64,000 bases of DNA from positions 2,156,693 through 2,220,692 of the forward strand of contig OY969722.1 in the NCBI GenBank assembly GCA_963702165.1. Reading direction: 5' to 3'. Positions 30,177 to 41,189 of the stretch are shown here, one piece after another (positions within the stretch are counted from its first letter, which is position 1; the number at the start of each line of letters is the position of its first letter). Origin of the DNA: an uncultured Actinomycetota bacterium. Lineage in GTDB: Bacteria > Actinomycetota > Actinomycetes > Actinomycetales > Microbacteriaceae. The position numbers and the translations under genes were made by a program. The notes under the pieces are model-generated. The model searched no databases, was not told where the DNA came from, and saw nothing but the letters and a program-made list of their open reading frames with translations.

Positions 30177-31095
30177 CGGTCTGCCCCCATCGCCTTGAGC
30201 ACTGCCGTCACGTTGGAGTCCATCCAGCCGACGTAGTCGGCGCCGTCGGGAAGCGTCTCGGTCATGGCCACCACGGGGATCCCGGCGTCCCGCGCGGCCT
30301 CGACGACGCGGCGGTCTCGGGGCCGGAGGTCTGCTCGTTGTGCACGACGAGCGAGACGCTGCGGGACTCGAGCGCGCGCAGCGCGTCCAGCAGCACCGCC
30401 GGCGCGACGTCGATGCCTTCCTCGACGGCCTCGACGAACGGCGCAGGGGTCTTGTCGACGAAGCCGAGTTCGGCCAGCAGGTACCCGGGCACCGGCTCGG
30501 TTGCAATGATCCGTCACCGGCGAACCGCTCGCTCACCGAGTCGACCCGGTCGATGCAGCCCGTCGAGTCGGCCCGCGAAATCGGCGAGGTTGGCGCGATA
30601 GTCGGCGGCACCGGTCGGGTCCACCTCGGCGAGTTGTGCGGCGAGTGCGGCGCTGAACGCGTGGATCACGTGCAGGTCGTACCAGACGTGCTCGTTGAAC
30701 TCACCGCTGTGCGAGTGGCCCTGCTCGCCGTGCGCGCTCTTCCCCGGCGCATCCTCGGCAAAGCCAGAGACGGTGAGCACCGTCGCGTCGGATGCCTCCA
30801 GCAGGTCGTCCATGAACTCGTCGTAGCCGCCGCCGTTCTCGATCACGACATCGGCATTTGCGACCGCGAGCTGGTCGCGCGCGGTGGCCTCATAGCTGTG
30901 CGGGTCCTGCGCGACACCGGTGATGATGCTCGTCACGTCGACGCGGTCCCCCGCGATCGTCCGCGCGATGTCGCCGTAGACGTCGGTGGAGGCGACGATC
31001 TGGATGCCGTCGGGCGCGTTGTCCGCGCCCTGCGCCGCGCATCCGGCGAGCGCGACCACGAGCACACCGACCAGCGCGAATTCAATGGTCTTCAT
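30173..31095 (-). CDS. znuA: Metal (Zn) ABC transporter substrate-binding lipoprotein (frameshifted)
   Basis: Lipobox LAGC, DPHSYE, His-rich loop, NEHVWYD. Confidence 0.88.
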
Positions 31096-31150
31096 CGAAG
31101 GGACCTGTTCTAAGGGCGGGGTTGGAGACGCCCAGACGAAGATTACGTGC

Positions 31151-31171
31151 TAATGATAATCGTTGTCAAAA
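31151..31171. promoter_or_regulatory. Zur box
   Basis: TAATGATAATCGTTGTCAAAA imperfect palindrome, AT-rich, about 55 nt upstream of znuA. Confidence 0.8.
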
Positions 31172-31220
31172 GGAAAGTTGCTGTTAAAAGACTCAGCGGC
31201 CAACCCGATCAGGCGAACGG

Positions 31221-32573
31221 TCAGTCGAGCAGCAGCGCCGGCTCCTCGAGGACGCTCGCGACGTCGGCGACGAAGCGGCTGGCGACGTCGCCGTCGACGA
31301 CGCGGTGGTCGAAGCTGGCGCCGAGCGTCGTGACGAAGCGCGGACGCACCTCGCCGTCGACGACCCACGGCTTCTGCTTGATCGTGCCGAGCGCGACGAT
31401 CGCCACCTCGCCGGGGTTGAGGATCGGCGTGCCGGTGTCCATGCCGAACGAGCCGATGTTGGTGATCGTGATGGTGCCGTTCGCCATGTCGGCCGGCTGC
31501 GTCTTGCCGTCGCGCGCCGTGATCGTCAGCTGCTCGAGCGCCTGCGCGAGCTCGCGCAGCGACAGGTCCTGCGCGTCCTTGACGTTCGGCACGATGAGTC
31601 CGCGCGGGGTCGCCGCCGCGATGCCGAGGTTCACGTAGTGGTGCACGATGATCTCCTTGTCGGTCCAGGTCGAGTTGACCGTCGGGTTGCGGCGCACCGC
31701 CCAGATGACCGCCTTCGCCATGATGAGCAGCGGGCGAGACCTGGACGCCGGCGAAGTCGGGCGAGGCCTTGAGCCGCTTGACGAACTCCATCGTGCGGGT
31801 CGCGTCGACGTCGACGAACACGCTCGACGTGCGGCGCCGTGAACGCGCTCTGCACCATCGCGGTCGCGATCGCCTTGCGCACGCCCTTGACCGGGATGCG
31901 CTCCTCGCGCTCCGTCGCCCCACTCCGGCGTCTGGATGTTGCGGAACACGCTCGCCTGCTGCGCCTGGCGGATGACGTCGTCGCGGGTGATCTCGCCGAC
32001 GAGGCCGGTGCGCGGTCACCTGCGGCCAGGTCGACACCGAGGTCCTTGGCGAGCTTGCGGATCGGCGGCTTGGCGATGACGGGACGTGGCGGATGCCGCC
32101 GGCACGGCGGTGCGCGCGGCGCCGGTCGCGCCGCTCGGTGCGCGGCCGGGTACGTCGCGGCTGCCGCCGGCCGTCTGACGCCCGTGAGCCGCACGAGCAC
32201 GGCGCCGGCGCCGTATCCGCCGAGCGTCGGCTCTCGGTCGTCGACGCTGCCGCGGCGGTGTCGGCGACCTCGTCGCCGACGGCCTCATCGACCGGTGCCG
32301 GGGCCTGCGACTGCCCGATCGTCGCCGCTCGGCGAGCGACGCGGATGATCGGCGTGCCGACCTCGACGGTGTCGCCCTCTGCGACGAGCAGCTCGCGTGA
32401 CGGCGCCGGCGAACGGCGACGGGCAGCTCGACGAGCGACTTGGCGGTCTCGATCTCGACGAGCACCTGGTTGATCGTCACGGTGTCGCCGGGCTTGACCT
32501 TCCAGGAGACGATCTCGGCCTCGGTGAGGCCTTCGCCGACATCGGGGAGCGGGAACTCTGACGTTGTGCTCAT
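31221..32573 (-). CDS. 2-oxoacid dehydrogenase E2 dihydrolipoamide acyltransferase (frameshifted)
   Basis: [13 protein letters not shown]...IETAKSLVE lipoyl domain; [10 protein letters not shown]; SFDHRVVDG. Confidence 0.92.
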
Positions 32574-32586
32574 TGTCAGTGACTCC

Positions 32587-33591
32587 TCAGTAGGCCAGCG
32601 CGCGGTCGACCGCTTCGAGCACGCGGTCGGCGTCGGGCAGGTAGATGCGTCTCGAGCTTGGCGGGCGGGAACGGGGTGTCGAAGCCGGTGACGCGCAGCA
32701 CGGGCGCCTCGAGCGAGTAGAACGCGCGCTCGGCGACGGTCGCGGCGATCTCGGAGCCGACGCTCACGTTGCCGGGCGCCTCCTGCGCGACGACCAGCCG
32801 GCCGGTCTTCTGCACCGAGGCGAGGATCGGCCGTAGTCGATCGGGGAGAGCGAGCGCAGGTCGATGACCTCGAGGCTCGTGCCCTCCTCGGCGGCGATCT
32901 CGGCGGCCTGCAGCAGCACGCGACCATCGCGCCGTGCCCGACGCAGCGTGACATCGGTGCCGGCGCGCACGACGCGGCTGGCGTGCAGCGGCGCGGCCGC
33001 TCGCTCGGAAGTCGACGTCGCCCTTCGGCCAGTAGCGGCTCTTCGGCTCGAAGAACATCACCGGGTCGTTCGCTCGCGATCGCCTCCTGGATCATCCAGT
33101 AGGCGTCGTGCGGGGTCGCCGGGCTGACCACGCGCAGGCCCGGCGTGTGCGCGAAGTACGCCTCCGGGCTCTCCTGGTGGTGCTCGACCGCGCCGATGTG
33201 GCCGCCGTAGGGCACGCGGATGACGACCGGGAACGCTTGGGTCGCCCTCGTGCCGGTTGGTGAGCTTCGCCAGCTGCGAGGTGATCTGGTCGAAGCCGGG
33301 GAAGATGAAGCCGTCGAACTGGATCTCGCAGACCGGGCGGTAGCCGCGCATCGCGAGACCGATCGCGGTGCCGACGATGCCGGACTCGGCGAGCGGGGTG
33401 TCGAGCACGCGCTTCGTCGCCGAACTCGGCCTGCAGGCCCTCGGTCACGCGGAAGACGCCGCCGAGCGGGCCGATGTCCTCGCCCATGAGCAGCACCTTG
33501 GGTCGTCGGCGCAGCGCCGCGCGCAGGCCCGTCGTTGATGGCCTTGGCCAGTGGCTCAGTGCGATGTCGATCGCCGGTCACGCCGGCTCAT
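32587..33591 (-). CDS. 2-oxoacid dehydrogenase E1 beta subunit (frameshifted; start approximate)
   Basis: [38 protein letters not shown]. Confidence 0.92.
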
Positions 33592-34721
33592 GCTCACCCT
33601 CGAACGACTGCCTCGTAGTCGGCGAGCCAGGCCGCCTGCTCGTCGATCGAGCGGATGCGGCTCGGAGTAGACGTGGTCGAACATCGTGGTCGCGGGTCGG
33701 GTGCCGAGCTCGAGGGTGCGGCGGCGGATGTCGGCGGCGAGGTCCTCGGCCTCGGCTCGCGACCTCCTGCGAAGAAGTCGTCGCTCGCACCCCGCGCGCG
33801 CAGGTACGTCTCGAAGCGGGTGATCGGGTCGCGCTGCGCCCAGAACTGCGAGCTCGTCGTCGCTCGCGGTACTTGGTCGGGTCGTCGCTCGAGGTGTGCG
33901 CGCCCATGCGGTAGGTGAGCGCCTCGATGAAGCGCGGGCCCTGTGCCGCCGCGGGCCTCGTCGAGGTTGCGCGTGGTGACCGCGTAGCTCGCGAGCACGT
34001 CGTTGCCGTCGATCTGCACGCTCGGGATGCCGAAGCCGCTCGGCGCGCAGGTAGAGCGGGGTGCGCGACTGGCGCTCGACCGGCACCGAGATCGCCCAGT
34101 GGTTGTTCTGCAGGAAGAAGACCTGCGGCGTCTGGTAGCTCGCGGCGAAGACGAACGCCTCGCTCACGTCGCCCTGGCTGGTGGCGCCGTCGCCGAAGTA
34201 GACGAGGACGGCCTCGTCCGTCTCCGGGTCGCCGGTGCCGCTGGCGCCGTCGAGCGCGATGCCCATCGCGTAGCCGGTGGCGTGCAGCGTCTGCGAGCCG
34301 ATCACGAGCGTGTAGAGGTGGAAGTTGCCGCGTCTCCTTCGGGATCCCAGCCGCCGTGGCTGAGGCCGCGCAGCATCTCGATGATGCTCGATCGGGTCGA
34401 CGCCCGCGGATGCGGCGCGACGACGTGCTCGCGGTAGGCGGGGAAGATGTGGTCCTGCGGGCGGGCGGCGTAGGCCGGAGCCGACCTGGGCCGCCTCCTG
34501 GCCGAGGCTCGGGATCCACAGCGCGAGCTGGCCCTGGCGCTGCAGGTTGCGCGGCCTCGATGTCGAAGCGGCGGATGACGACCATCTGGCGGTGGAAGTC
34601 GCGCAGCTGCGTCGTCGTCGAGCGCCTCGATGTAGCGGCAGATACTGCGGCCGTCGCGTCGTTCTCGACGAGCGTGCCCTCGGGCGAGAGCAACTGGACC
34701 GTCGCCGTCGGTGTAAGACAT
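33588..34721 (-). CDS. 2-oxoacid dehydrogenase E1 alpha subunit (frameshifted)
   Basis: YFGDGATSQG...QNNHWAIS TPP motif; YRMGAHTSSDDP. Confidence 0.92.
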
Positions 34722-34731
34722 TGGTACTACT

Positions 34732-35852
34732 CTAACGTGGCCGCTGCCGGGCGCCGTTCGGTAGCGTCGCGACAACCTCCGCGACGGCCTTTAGGAGTTT
34801 CTCCACAGACTCCGCCTCGCCGATCGGTGACCCGGATGCCCTCGGCGCGAGCACCCGCGCGACGATGCCGTGCGCCGTCGAGCACCTCGGCCGCGGCCGC
34901 CGGTGTCGCTCACCGGTCGGCAGCCAGACGAAGTTGCCCTGCGGCTCGCGGCAGCGTCCCAGCCCTGCGCGCGCAGCGCCGCCGCAGATCGCGTCGCGGC
35001 GCTCGACGAGCTCGGCGACGCGCTCGAGCAGCTGCCGCCTCGTGGTCGAGCGCGGCGATCGCGGCGCGCTGGGCCGGCTCGGTGACCGAGAGCGGGATGG
35101 CGGTCGCGCGGGCGGCATCCAGGATGTACGCGGGGCCGATCGCGTAGCCGACGCGCAGGCCGGCGAGCCCGTACGCCTTCGAGAAGGTGCGCAGCACGAC
35201 GAGGTTGGGGTAGCGGCTCGAGCAGCGGCATGCCGTCGACGGCGTCGCGGGTCGGTGACGAACTCGGCGTAGGCCTCGTCGAGCACGCACGAGCACGGTC
35301 GTCGGGCACCGCCGCCATGAACGCGTCGAACTCGTCGGCCGTGACGATCGTGCTGGTCGGGTTGTTCGGGCGTGCAGACGATGACGACGCGGGTGCGGTC
35401 GGTGATCGCTGCGGCCATCGCGTCGAGGTCGTGGCGGTGGTCGGCACGGTTCGGCACCGTGCACGCTCGTCGCGCCCGCGACGGTGACGAGCCCGGGGTA
35501 GGCCTCGAAGCGACCGCCAGGCGTAGACGCACCTCGTCGCCGGGTGCCGGCGGCCGCCTGGATCAGCTGGTGCGAGGATCGACACCGATCCCGGCGCCGA
35601 CGTGGACCTCGCTCGACGGTCGACGCCGAAGCGCTCGGCGAGCCGCTCGCGCAGGGCGCGCGGCCGCGCCATCCGGGTACCGGTTGATCGGATGCGCCGG
35701 CGATCGCCGTCGAGCACGGCTGGGCAGCGGCGGGAACGGGTTCTCGTTCGAGGAGAGCTTGAACGCGTCGGCCGGCGCCGGCTTGCCCTGCCGGTACGGC
35801 GCGAGCGCTGCGATCTCGGGGCGCAGCCGACTCGCGGCGCATCGGAGGTCAC
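34732..35852 (-). CDS. Histidinol-phosphate/aromatic aminotransferase (frameshifted; ends approximate)
   Basis: KLSSNENP, PNNPT, DEAYAEF, RTFSKAYGLAGLRVGY. Confidence 0.88.
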
Positions 35853-35911
35853 GCCTCAGCCTAATCGCGCGCGTCTGCAGGCGAGCGGACGCGCACGGCA
35901 TAGTTGGCGCC

Positions 35912-36315
35912 ATGAAGCGATTCCTCGTGCGCGCTCATCGATCAACGCCGTCGCCCTCTGGCTGACGACGCTCATCCGTTCCCGGCGTGTCACGGTCGAG
36001 TCCTACGCGCCCGGCGACACCGTGGCGACGGTGCTCACCTACCTGCTTGTCGGCGCTGATCTTCGGCATCGTCAACGGCATCATCGGCAACTTCATCCGC
36101 ATCGTCGCGTTCCCGCTCTACATCCTCACGCTCGGCCTCATCTCGCTCGTCGTGAACGGGCTGCTGCTGCTGCTCGTGAGCTGGATCTCCGGCCTGATCG
36201 GCTTCGGCCTCCACGTCGAGAGACTTCTGGTGGGGCGTGCTCGGTGCGCATCGTGCTCGGCCTCCTCAGCTGGCTGATCGGCATCCTGCTGCGCCCGCTC
36301 GTCGGCAAGCACTGA
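35912..36315 (+). CDS. Phage holin family (4-TM) membrane protein (frameshifted)
   Basis: INAVALWLT...IFGIVNGII...FPLYILTLGLISLVVNGLLL. Confidence 0.8.
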
Positions 36316-36334
36316 CCACCGCACCCTCTCTTTC

Positions 36335-36395
36335 ATCGAGTCGGGAGTTGTCGCCCTTTTGGCGCATTGAAATGGGCAACTACTCCCGACTCAAT
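36335..36395. repeat. REP/REPIN-like hairpin element, family B copy 2
   Basis: ATCGAGTCGGGAGTTG...CAACTACTCCCGACTCAAT between convergent genes. Confidence 0.75.
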
Positions 36396-36401
36396 GCGGT
36401 T

Positions 36402-37797
36402 TTAGGGGGTGCGGGTCGCGCGGAAGACCGTCGAGGTGACCGTGCCGGCCGATCCGGCGTCGATGCCGGCCAATACCCCGGTGATGCGGATGTCGTCGGA
36501 TGCGTCCACCAGGCCGGCGGTGTCCCGGTAGTTCGTGAGTTGGTGCGCGGGCAACAGCTCACCGGTGGTCGGCGCCTTCCCGTCGTAGCAGCTGCCGGCG
36601 CACGAGCACCGGCTGGGACGACTCGAAGCTGCCGCTGAGCGCGGGGACCAGGTCGTTGGTGTGCTCGATCGCCAGATACGGGATCGTGTGGGGAACCGCG
36701 ACCTGCCCTGCGGGAGCACCGACGGTGACGAGTCCCTCGGTGCTGAACCGGCCGGATGCGGCCAGCTGGGCGGCGATCATCCCGCCCTGCGAGTAGCCGG
36801 TGAAGACGACAGCGGAACCCGTCTCGACGCCCGCCTGCCGCATGGCGTCCAGCACCGCACGGTACGAACCGGAATCGGCGCCGGCGAGCGCGCGCACGTT
36901 GCTGGTCATGTCCCACGGCTGGTCGGCTGCCCCGGATGTGCCGGCGATGTAGACCTCGAACCGTGGCGCCTGGCCGGGGGTTTCGTAGCGGTCGATGCGG
37001 ACTTGGTGCGGCTCGTCGGGGATCCGCTCGATGCGATCCTGAGCACCGCGCGCCGGTGCGGCATCCGGCGCCGCGTGCTTGCGTACGATCACCGCGGACT
37101 CGGTCAGCACGCCGGCTGCCGCGCCCGCCGCACCCAAGAAGGCCGCCGACGTGTCGACGCCGGAGACCCCGAGCCCCTCGTCGCCAAGCAGCCGGGCAAG
37201 CACCAGTGGAACGCCCGCCCTGCCGGCCCCGACATCGTCCGCACTGAGGACGCCCAGCCGCACGAACTCGACGAACGCCGGGTCGGAGAGCACCCACGCC
37301 GTGGTGCGCAACCATCTCCGCGCCTTCTCGAATGCCCGCGCACGCGCTTCCTCTGGCAGCAGCAGGCTGCCGGCCGCGGCCGCGCCGCCAAAGAAGATGG
37401 CGCCGTTCAGGGCGAGCACCGAGAGGATGGGGAGGAAGAAGCCGATGCCGTAGCCGAGCAGGGCGGCCAGCTCCTGGCTGCTGCGGGCGAGCATCCGCTC
37501 CTGCAACTCGAACTCGCTTGCGACGTAATTCAGGCCGCGCGCGAGAGCATCGGCGCTCTCCCGCGCCCGAGCGAGCGCCACGGTCGCGTCATCGATCGCC
37601 TGCTCCGCCTGCATCGCACTGTACGGGGCATCGGCGGCGATGAGCCCGGCCGCGCCGATGAGGCGGTCGGCTGCCGCAAGCTGGCCGAGGCAGCCGGCGA
37701 GTTCAGTGCTGAGGGCACCGTAGCGCTGTGCCGCCCTGACCAGCTCCGAGGTGTCGGCGCGGGTTCCATGCGGGCCGATGACGAGATCATCCGACAC
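36402..37797 (-). CDS. Alpha/beta hydrolase (lipase-like) with helical N-terminus; probable frameshift near 36590
   Basis: VYIAGT, GYSQGG nucleophile elbow, VTVGAP, EHTNDLVP; the putative catalytic His (PAHQLTNY) lies in the adjacent frame ending at 36402. Confidence 0.78.
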
Positions 37798-38059
37798 GGT
37801 TCACCAGGGTGTCGGATGCCCGGCGGCTGGCTTTGACGGCTCGGTACAGCGCGTCGGTGGCCAGTGCGATCTCGCGGCGCAGGGAGTCGAGTTCGGTGTC
37901 GAAGGCGCGTCGCGACACTCCGCTCCAGGCGGACGCGGCGATCGGCTCGTTGCCGCGCTCGTAGGCTTCCCGCACGCTGCGGTGCACGAAAGCAACCTGC
38001 ACCGCCTGCCGTTCCAGTGTGACGGCCAGCGCCACCGCGGTCGCGAGAGCCGAATCCAC
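37787..38059 (-). CDS. WXG100-like small helical protein (90 aa)
   Basis: GTG start after GAAAGGGG; helix-AWSG-helix; overlaps the start of the hydrolase gene. Confidence 0.65.
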   Translation of the reverse strand: MDSALATAVALAVTLERQAVQVAFVHRSVREAYERGNEPIAASAWSGVSRRAFDTELDSLRREIALATDALYRAVKASRRASDTLVNRVG

Positions 38060-38206
38060 CGCAACCCCTTTCCACCGGGCCCAGTCTCCTGCTTCACTGG
38101 GTGCAGTCGCGATCGGCCCCAGCATCAACCCGAAGGATGTCGCGACAGGCACCGTGTGCGGGAGGAGTCGTCGCGTGCTTGCTAAGAACCGGGGGAGAAT
38201 AAGGCA

Positions 38207-38731
38207 ATGAGCTTCGATCGCGCCTTCGACGATTCGGCGCTCTTCAGGATCTGCTTCGTGTGCACGGGCAACATCTGCCGGTCGCCGATCGCGGAAGTCG
38301 TGTTCCGGGAGCTTGTGCGAAAAGCGGGTTATGCGGGCTCGGTCTCGGTGACCTCCGCTGGCACCGGTGACTGGCACGTGGGCGAACCGTCCGACTCGCG
38401 AACCCTTGCCGTGCTCGATCGCAACGGCTACGGGGGAGACGGACACCGGGCGCGCCAGTTCGACCCCAACTGGTTCGACCAACTGGATCTGGTCGTGGTG
38501 TTCGACCGCAGCCAGGAACGCATCCTGAAGTCCTGGGCGAGCAACGAACAGGATGCCGGCAAGGTGCAGTTGCTGCTCAGCTTCGACCACGAGCAGGCTG
38601 CAATGCTCGATGTGCCGGACCCGTACTATTCGGATGCAGCGATGTTCGACTCGGTGTTGAGCATGATCGAGCGAGCGAGCGCTGCGCTGTTCAGGCAGCT
38701 CGAACCAGGAATCAGACGGAGAGTTTCATGA
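38207..38731 (+). CDS. ptpA: Low molecular weight protein-tyrosine phosphatase
   Basis: VCTGNICRSP, SAGT, VPDPYY. Confidence 0.93.
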   Translation: MSFDRAFDDSALFRICFVCTGNICRSPIAEVVFRELVRKAGYAGSVSVTSAGTGDWHVGEPSDSRTLAVLDRNGYGGDGHRARQFDPNWFDQLDLVVVFDRSQERILKSWASNEQDAGKVQLLLSFDHEQAAMLDVPDPYYSDAAMFDSVLSMIERASAALFRQLEPGIRRRVS

Positions 38732-40107
38732 CCCCATTGCCACCTCAGCCGATCAGCCCGCTCGATGGGCGCTACCGGCAGGCGGTTGTGGAACTCGGCG
38801 AGCACCTGTCGGAGGCCGCGCTCAACCGCGCGCGGGTGCAGGTCGAGGTCGAGTGGCTGGTGTTCCTCACCGACCGGGCGCTGTTCGGCTCCAGCGCGCT
38901 GACCGACGAGCAGAAGACGGCGCTGCGCGTCACGGTGGATGACTTCGGTCAGGCCGACATCGACGAGCTTGCGACGCTCGAGGCCGAGACCCGTCACGAC
39001 GTCAAGGCGGTCGAGTACTACCTGCGGCGGCGCGTCGACGAGCTGGGCCTGCACGCCGTCGCGGAACTCGTGCACTTCGCGTGCACGAGTGAGGACATCA
39101 ACAACCTTGCTTACGCGCTCACCATCAAGGCCGCCATCGATGAGGTGTGGCTTCCGCGCTTGAGCGAGGTCATCGCCGCCCTCGAGACGTTCGCACGTGA
39201 CCAGCGGGATCAGCCGATGCTCGCCCACACGCACGGCCAGCCCGCAACGCCGACCACGTTCGGCAAGGAGTTCGCAGTGTTCGCCTACCGGCTGCGGCGC
39301 ATCGAGGCCCAGCTGGCGCAAGTCGAGGTGCTCGGCAAGTTCAGCGGTGCGACGGGCACCTTTGCCGCGCACTTGGCCGCCGACCCCGACCAGGACTGGG
39401 CAGCGCTGTCGAAGGAGTTCGTGGAGGGCCTCGGGCTGACCTGGAACCCGCTGACCACGCAGATCGAGTCGCACGACTGGCAGGCCGAGCTGTACCAGCG
39501 CGTCAGTCACGCGGGTCGGGTGCTGCACAACCTGTGCACCGACGTGTGGACCTACATCTCGATGGGCTACTTCACCCAGATTCCGCAGGCGGGCGCGACC
39601 GGATCGTCGACCATGCCGCACAAGATCAACCCCATCCGGTTCGAGAATGCCGAGGCGAACCTCGAGCTCTCCAGTGCGCTGCTCGATTCGCTCGCGGCGA
39701 CACTGGTCACCTCGCGCCTGCAGCGAGACCTGACCGATTCGACCACCCAGCGGAACGTCGGCGTCGCGCTCGGGCATTCGCTGCTCGCCCTCGACAACAT
39801 CCTCCGCGGACTGCGCGAGGTGGCGGTGAATCCGGATGCCCTCGCCGCCGACCTGGACGCGAACTGGGAGGTGCTCGGCGAGGCGATCCAAACGGTGATC
39901 CGCGCAGAGGTGACCGCCGGGCGCAGCTCGATCAGCGACCCGTACGCCCTGCTCAAGGAACTCACCCGCGGCAAGCGGATCACGTCCGACGACCTGGCCG
40001 CGTTCATCCGGACGCTGGACATCGGCGAGGCAGCCAGGCAGCGGCTGCTCGCCCTGACGCCGGCCGATTACATCGGCCTGGCCTCGTCGCTCGTCGACCG
40101 CCTCTAG
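38728..40107 (+). CDS. purB: Adenylosuccinate lyase
   Basis: SPLDGRY, TRHDVKAVEY, GSSTMPHKINPI, SRLQRDLTDS. Confidence 0.96.
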   Translation: MTPLPPQPISPLDGRYRQAVVELGEHLSEAALNRARVQVEVEWLVFLTDRALFGSSALTDEQKTALRVTVDDFGQADIDELATLEAETRHDVKAVEYYLRRRVDELGLHAVAELVHFACTSEDINNLAYALTIKAAIDEVWLPRLSEVIAALETFARDQRDQPMLAHTHGQPATPTTFGKEFAVFAYRLRRIEAQLAQVEVLGKFSGATGTFAAHLAADPDQDWAALSKEFVEGLGLTWNPLTTQIESHDWQAELYQRVSHAGRVLHNLCTDVWTYISMGYFTQIPQAGATGSSTMPHKINPIRFENAEANLELSSALLDSLAATLVTSRLQRDLTDSTTQRNVGVALGHSLLALDNILRGLREVAVNPDALAADLDANWEVLGEAIQTVIRAEVTAGRSSISDPYALLKELTRGKRITSDDLAAFIRTLDIGEAARQRLLALTPADYIGLASSLVDRL

Positions 40108-40144
40108 GCGTCTCCGCCGAACGTTGCTGCCGAATGTTGCTGCC

Positions 40145-40239
40145 GTTTGTTATCGATGCGCCTGCCACAACACTCGCATCGATAACAAACCGGCGCATTG
40201 TTGACCGCGCGCCACCTTAAGCCCGTGCGCGGTCAACAA
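40145..40239. repeat. Two tandem palindromic elements between convergent genes
   Basis: GTTTGTTATCGATGCG...CGCATCGATAACAAAC and TTGTTGACCGCGC...GCGCGGTCAACAA. Confidence 0.75.
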
Positions 40240-40268
40240 ACACGCCGGTGGATGGCGCGGCGCTGGCG

Positions 40269-40517
40269 CTACTGGTGCGGGGGCTGGTCGTCCTCGTCGC
40301 GCAGGACCTGGTCTTTGGGGGAGTTTGGCTTCTCGGAGAGCGCGAGCAGCGCGATCACGAGGATAGCGACGATGAACGCGACCCCGAAGCCGATCAAGGC
40401 GATGGTCCAGTTGCGGGTGGAGAACAGGATCACGATCCCGGCGAACAGGGCGATGACCCCGGAGAAGCCGAGGAGTTCGAGCGGACGCAGCCGGTCACGC
40501 ATGCTGGGGGTAGCCAC
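40269..40517 (-). CDS. Small two-TM membrane protein
   Basis: RDRLRPLELLG plus two hydrophobic segments; follows the upstream membrane gene. Confidence 0.7.
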   Translation of the reverse strand: MATPSMRDRLRPLELLGFSGVIALFAGIVILFSTRNWTIALIGFGVAFIVAILVIALLALSEKPNSPKDQVLRDEDDQPPHQ

Positions 40518-40520
40518 GGT

Positions 40521-41072
40521 TCATCCCTTGCTTTCTGCCGCGGGAGCGGCCCACTTCAGTGAAAGGCCGGCGATCGCGAGGAAGATCCCGACCATGATCG
40601 CGTAGGCGCCGAACAACCCGACCGCCTGCACCGAATCCAACGGTGCCAGCAAGAACACGAGCGCAGCGATCGCGGTGAAGCCCCCAACGGCGAGGAGGTC
40701 GCGATACGCCGGATTCCTGCCCTTCGCGCGCAGTCCAGCGTAGAGCTCAAGGAACCCGGTCACCGCCGCGAACACGCTGAAGAGGAACAGGAAGAAGCCG
40801 ATCCCGCCACCGTTGAGGATGAGGGCGACGATGCCGACCAGGATCGACACGATGCCCTGCATGAGCGAGATGGTGCGCAGCACCCGATCGTCCTGCCTGA
40901 ACGCTCCCCACACCAGCACCGCGCCGGTCAGCACCGCGTAGGCACCCAGCATGAGCAGGCCGATCCGCGCGCTGTGATCGGCGAGGAAGGTGATGGCAAG
41001 ACCGATCGCGACGGCGGGCACCGCTCTGGCAACCGGCACCTGCCAGGCGGAAGCAGTCTGGGCTGCGGACAC
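40521..41072 (-). CDS. HdeD/DUF308-like membrane protein
   Basis: About six hydrophobic segments; GFLELYAGLR, GLFGAYAI. Confidence 0.7.
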   Translation of the reverse strand: MSAAQTASAWQVPVARAVPAVAIGLAITFLADHSARIGLLMLGAYAVLTGAVLVWGAFRQDDRVLRTISLMQGIVSILVGIVALILNGGGIGFFLFLFSVFAAVTGFLELYAGLRAKGRNPAYRDLLAVGGFTAIAALVFLLAPLDSVQAVGLFGAYAIMVGIFLAIAGLSLKWAAPAAESKG

Positions 41073-41189
41073 TGAACCTCGATTACTTTCAACGGACCAG
41101 CCAAGCCTAACGCCGCCGCAGCTCGTGTCGGCGCGGGCCAAGCCCGGCTGCGGAGCGGTCCAGAGTCGACGCCTTCGCCGGTGCCGACG

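Noticed and set aside
35912-36315. Prophage suggested by a holin-family gene
   Set aside because: No integrase, endolysin or structural genes nearby; this family is a common chromosomal gene in Actinobacteria
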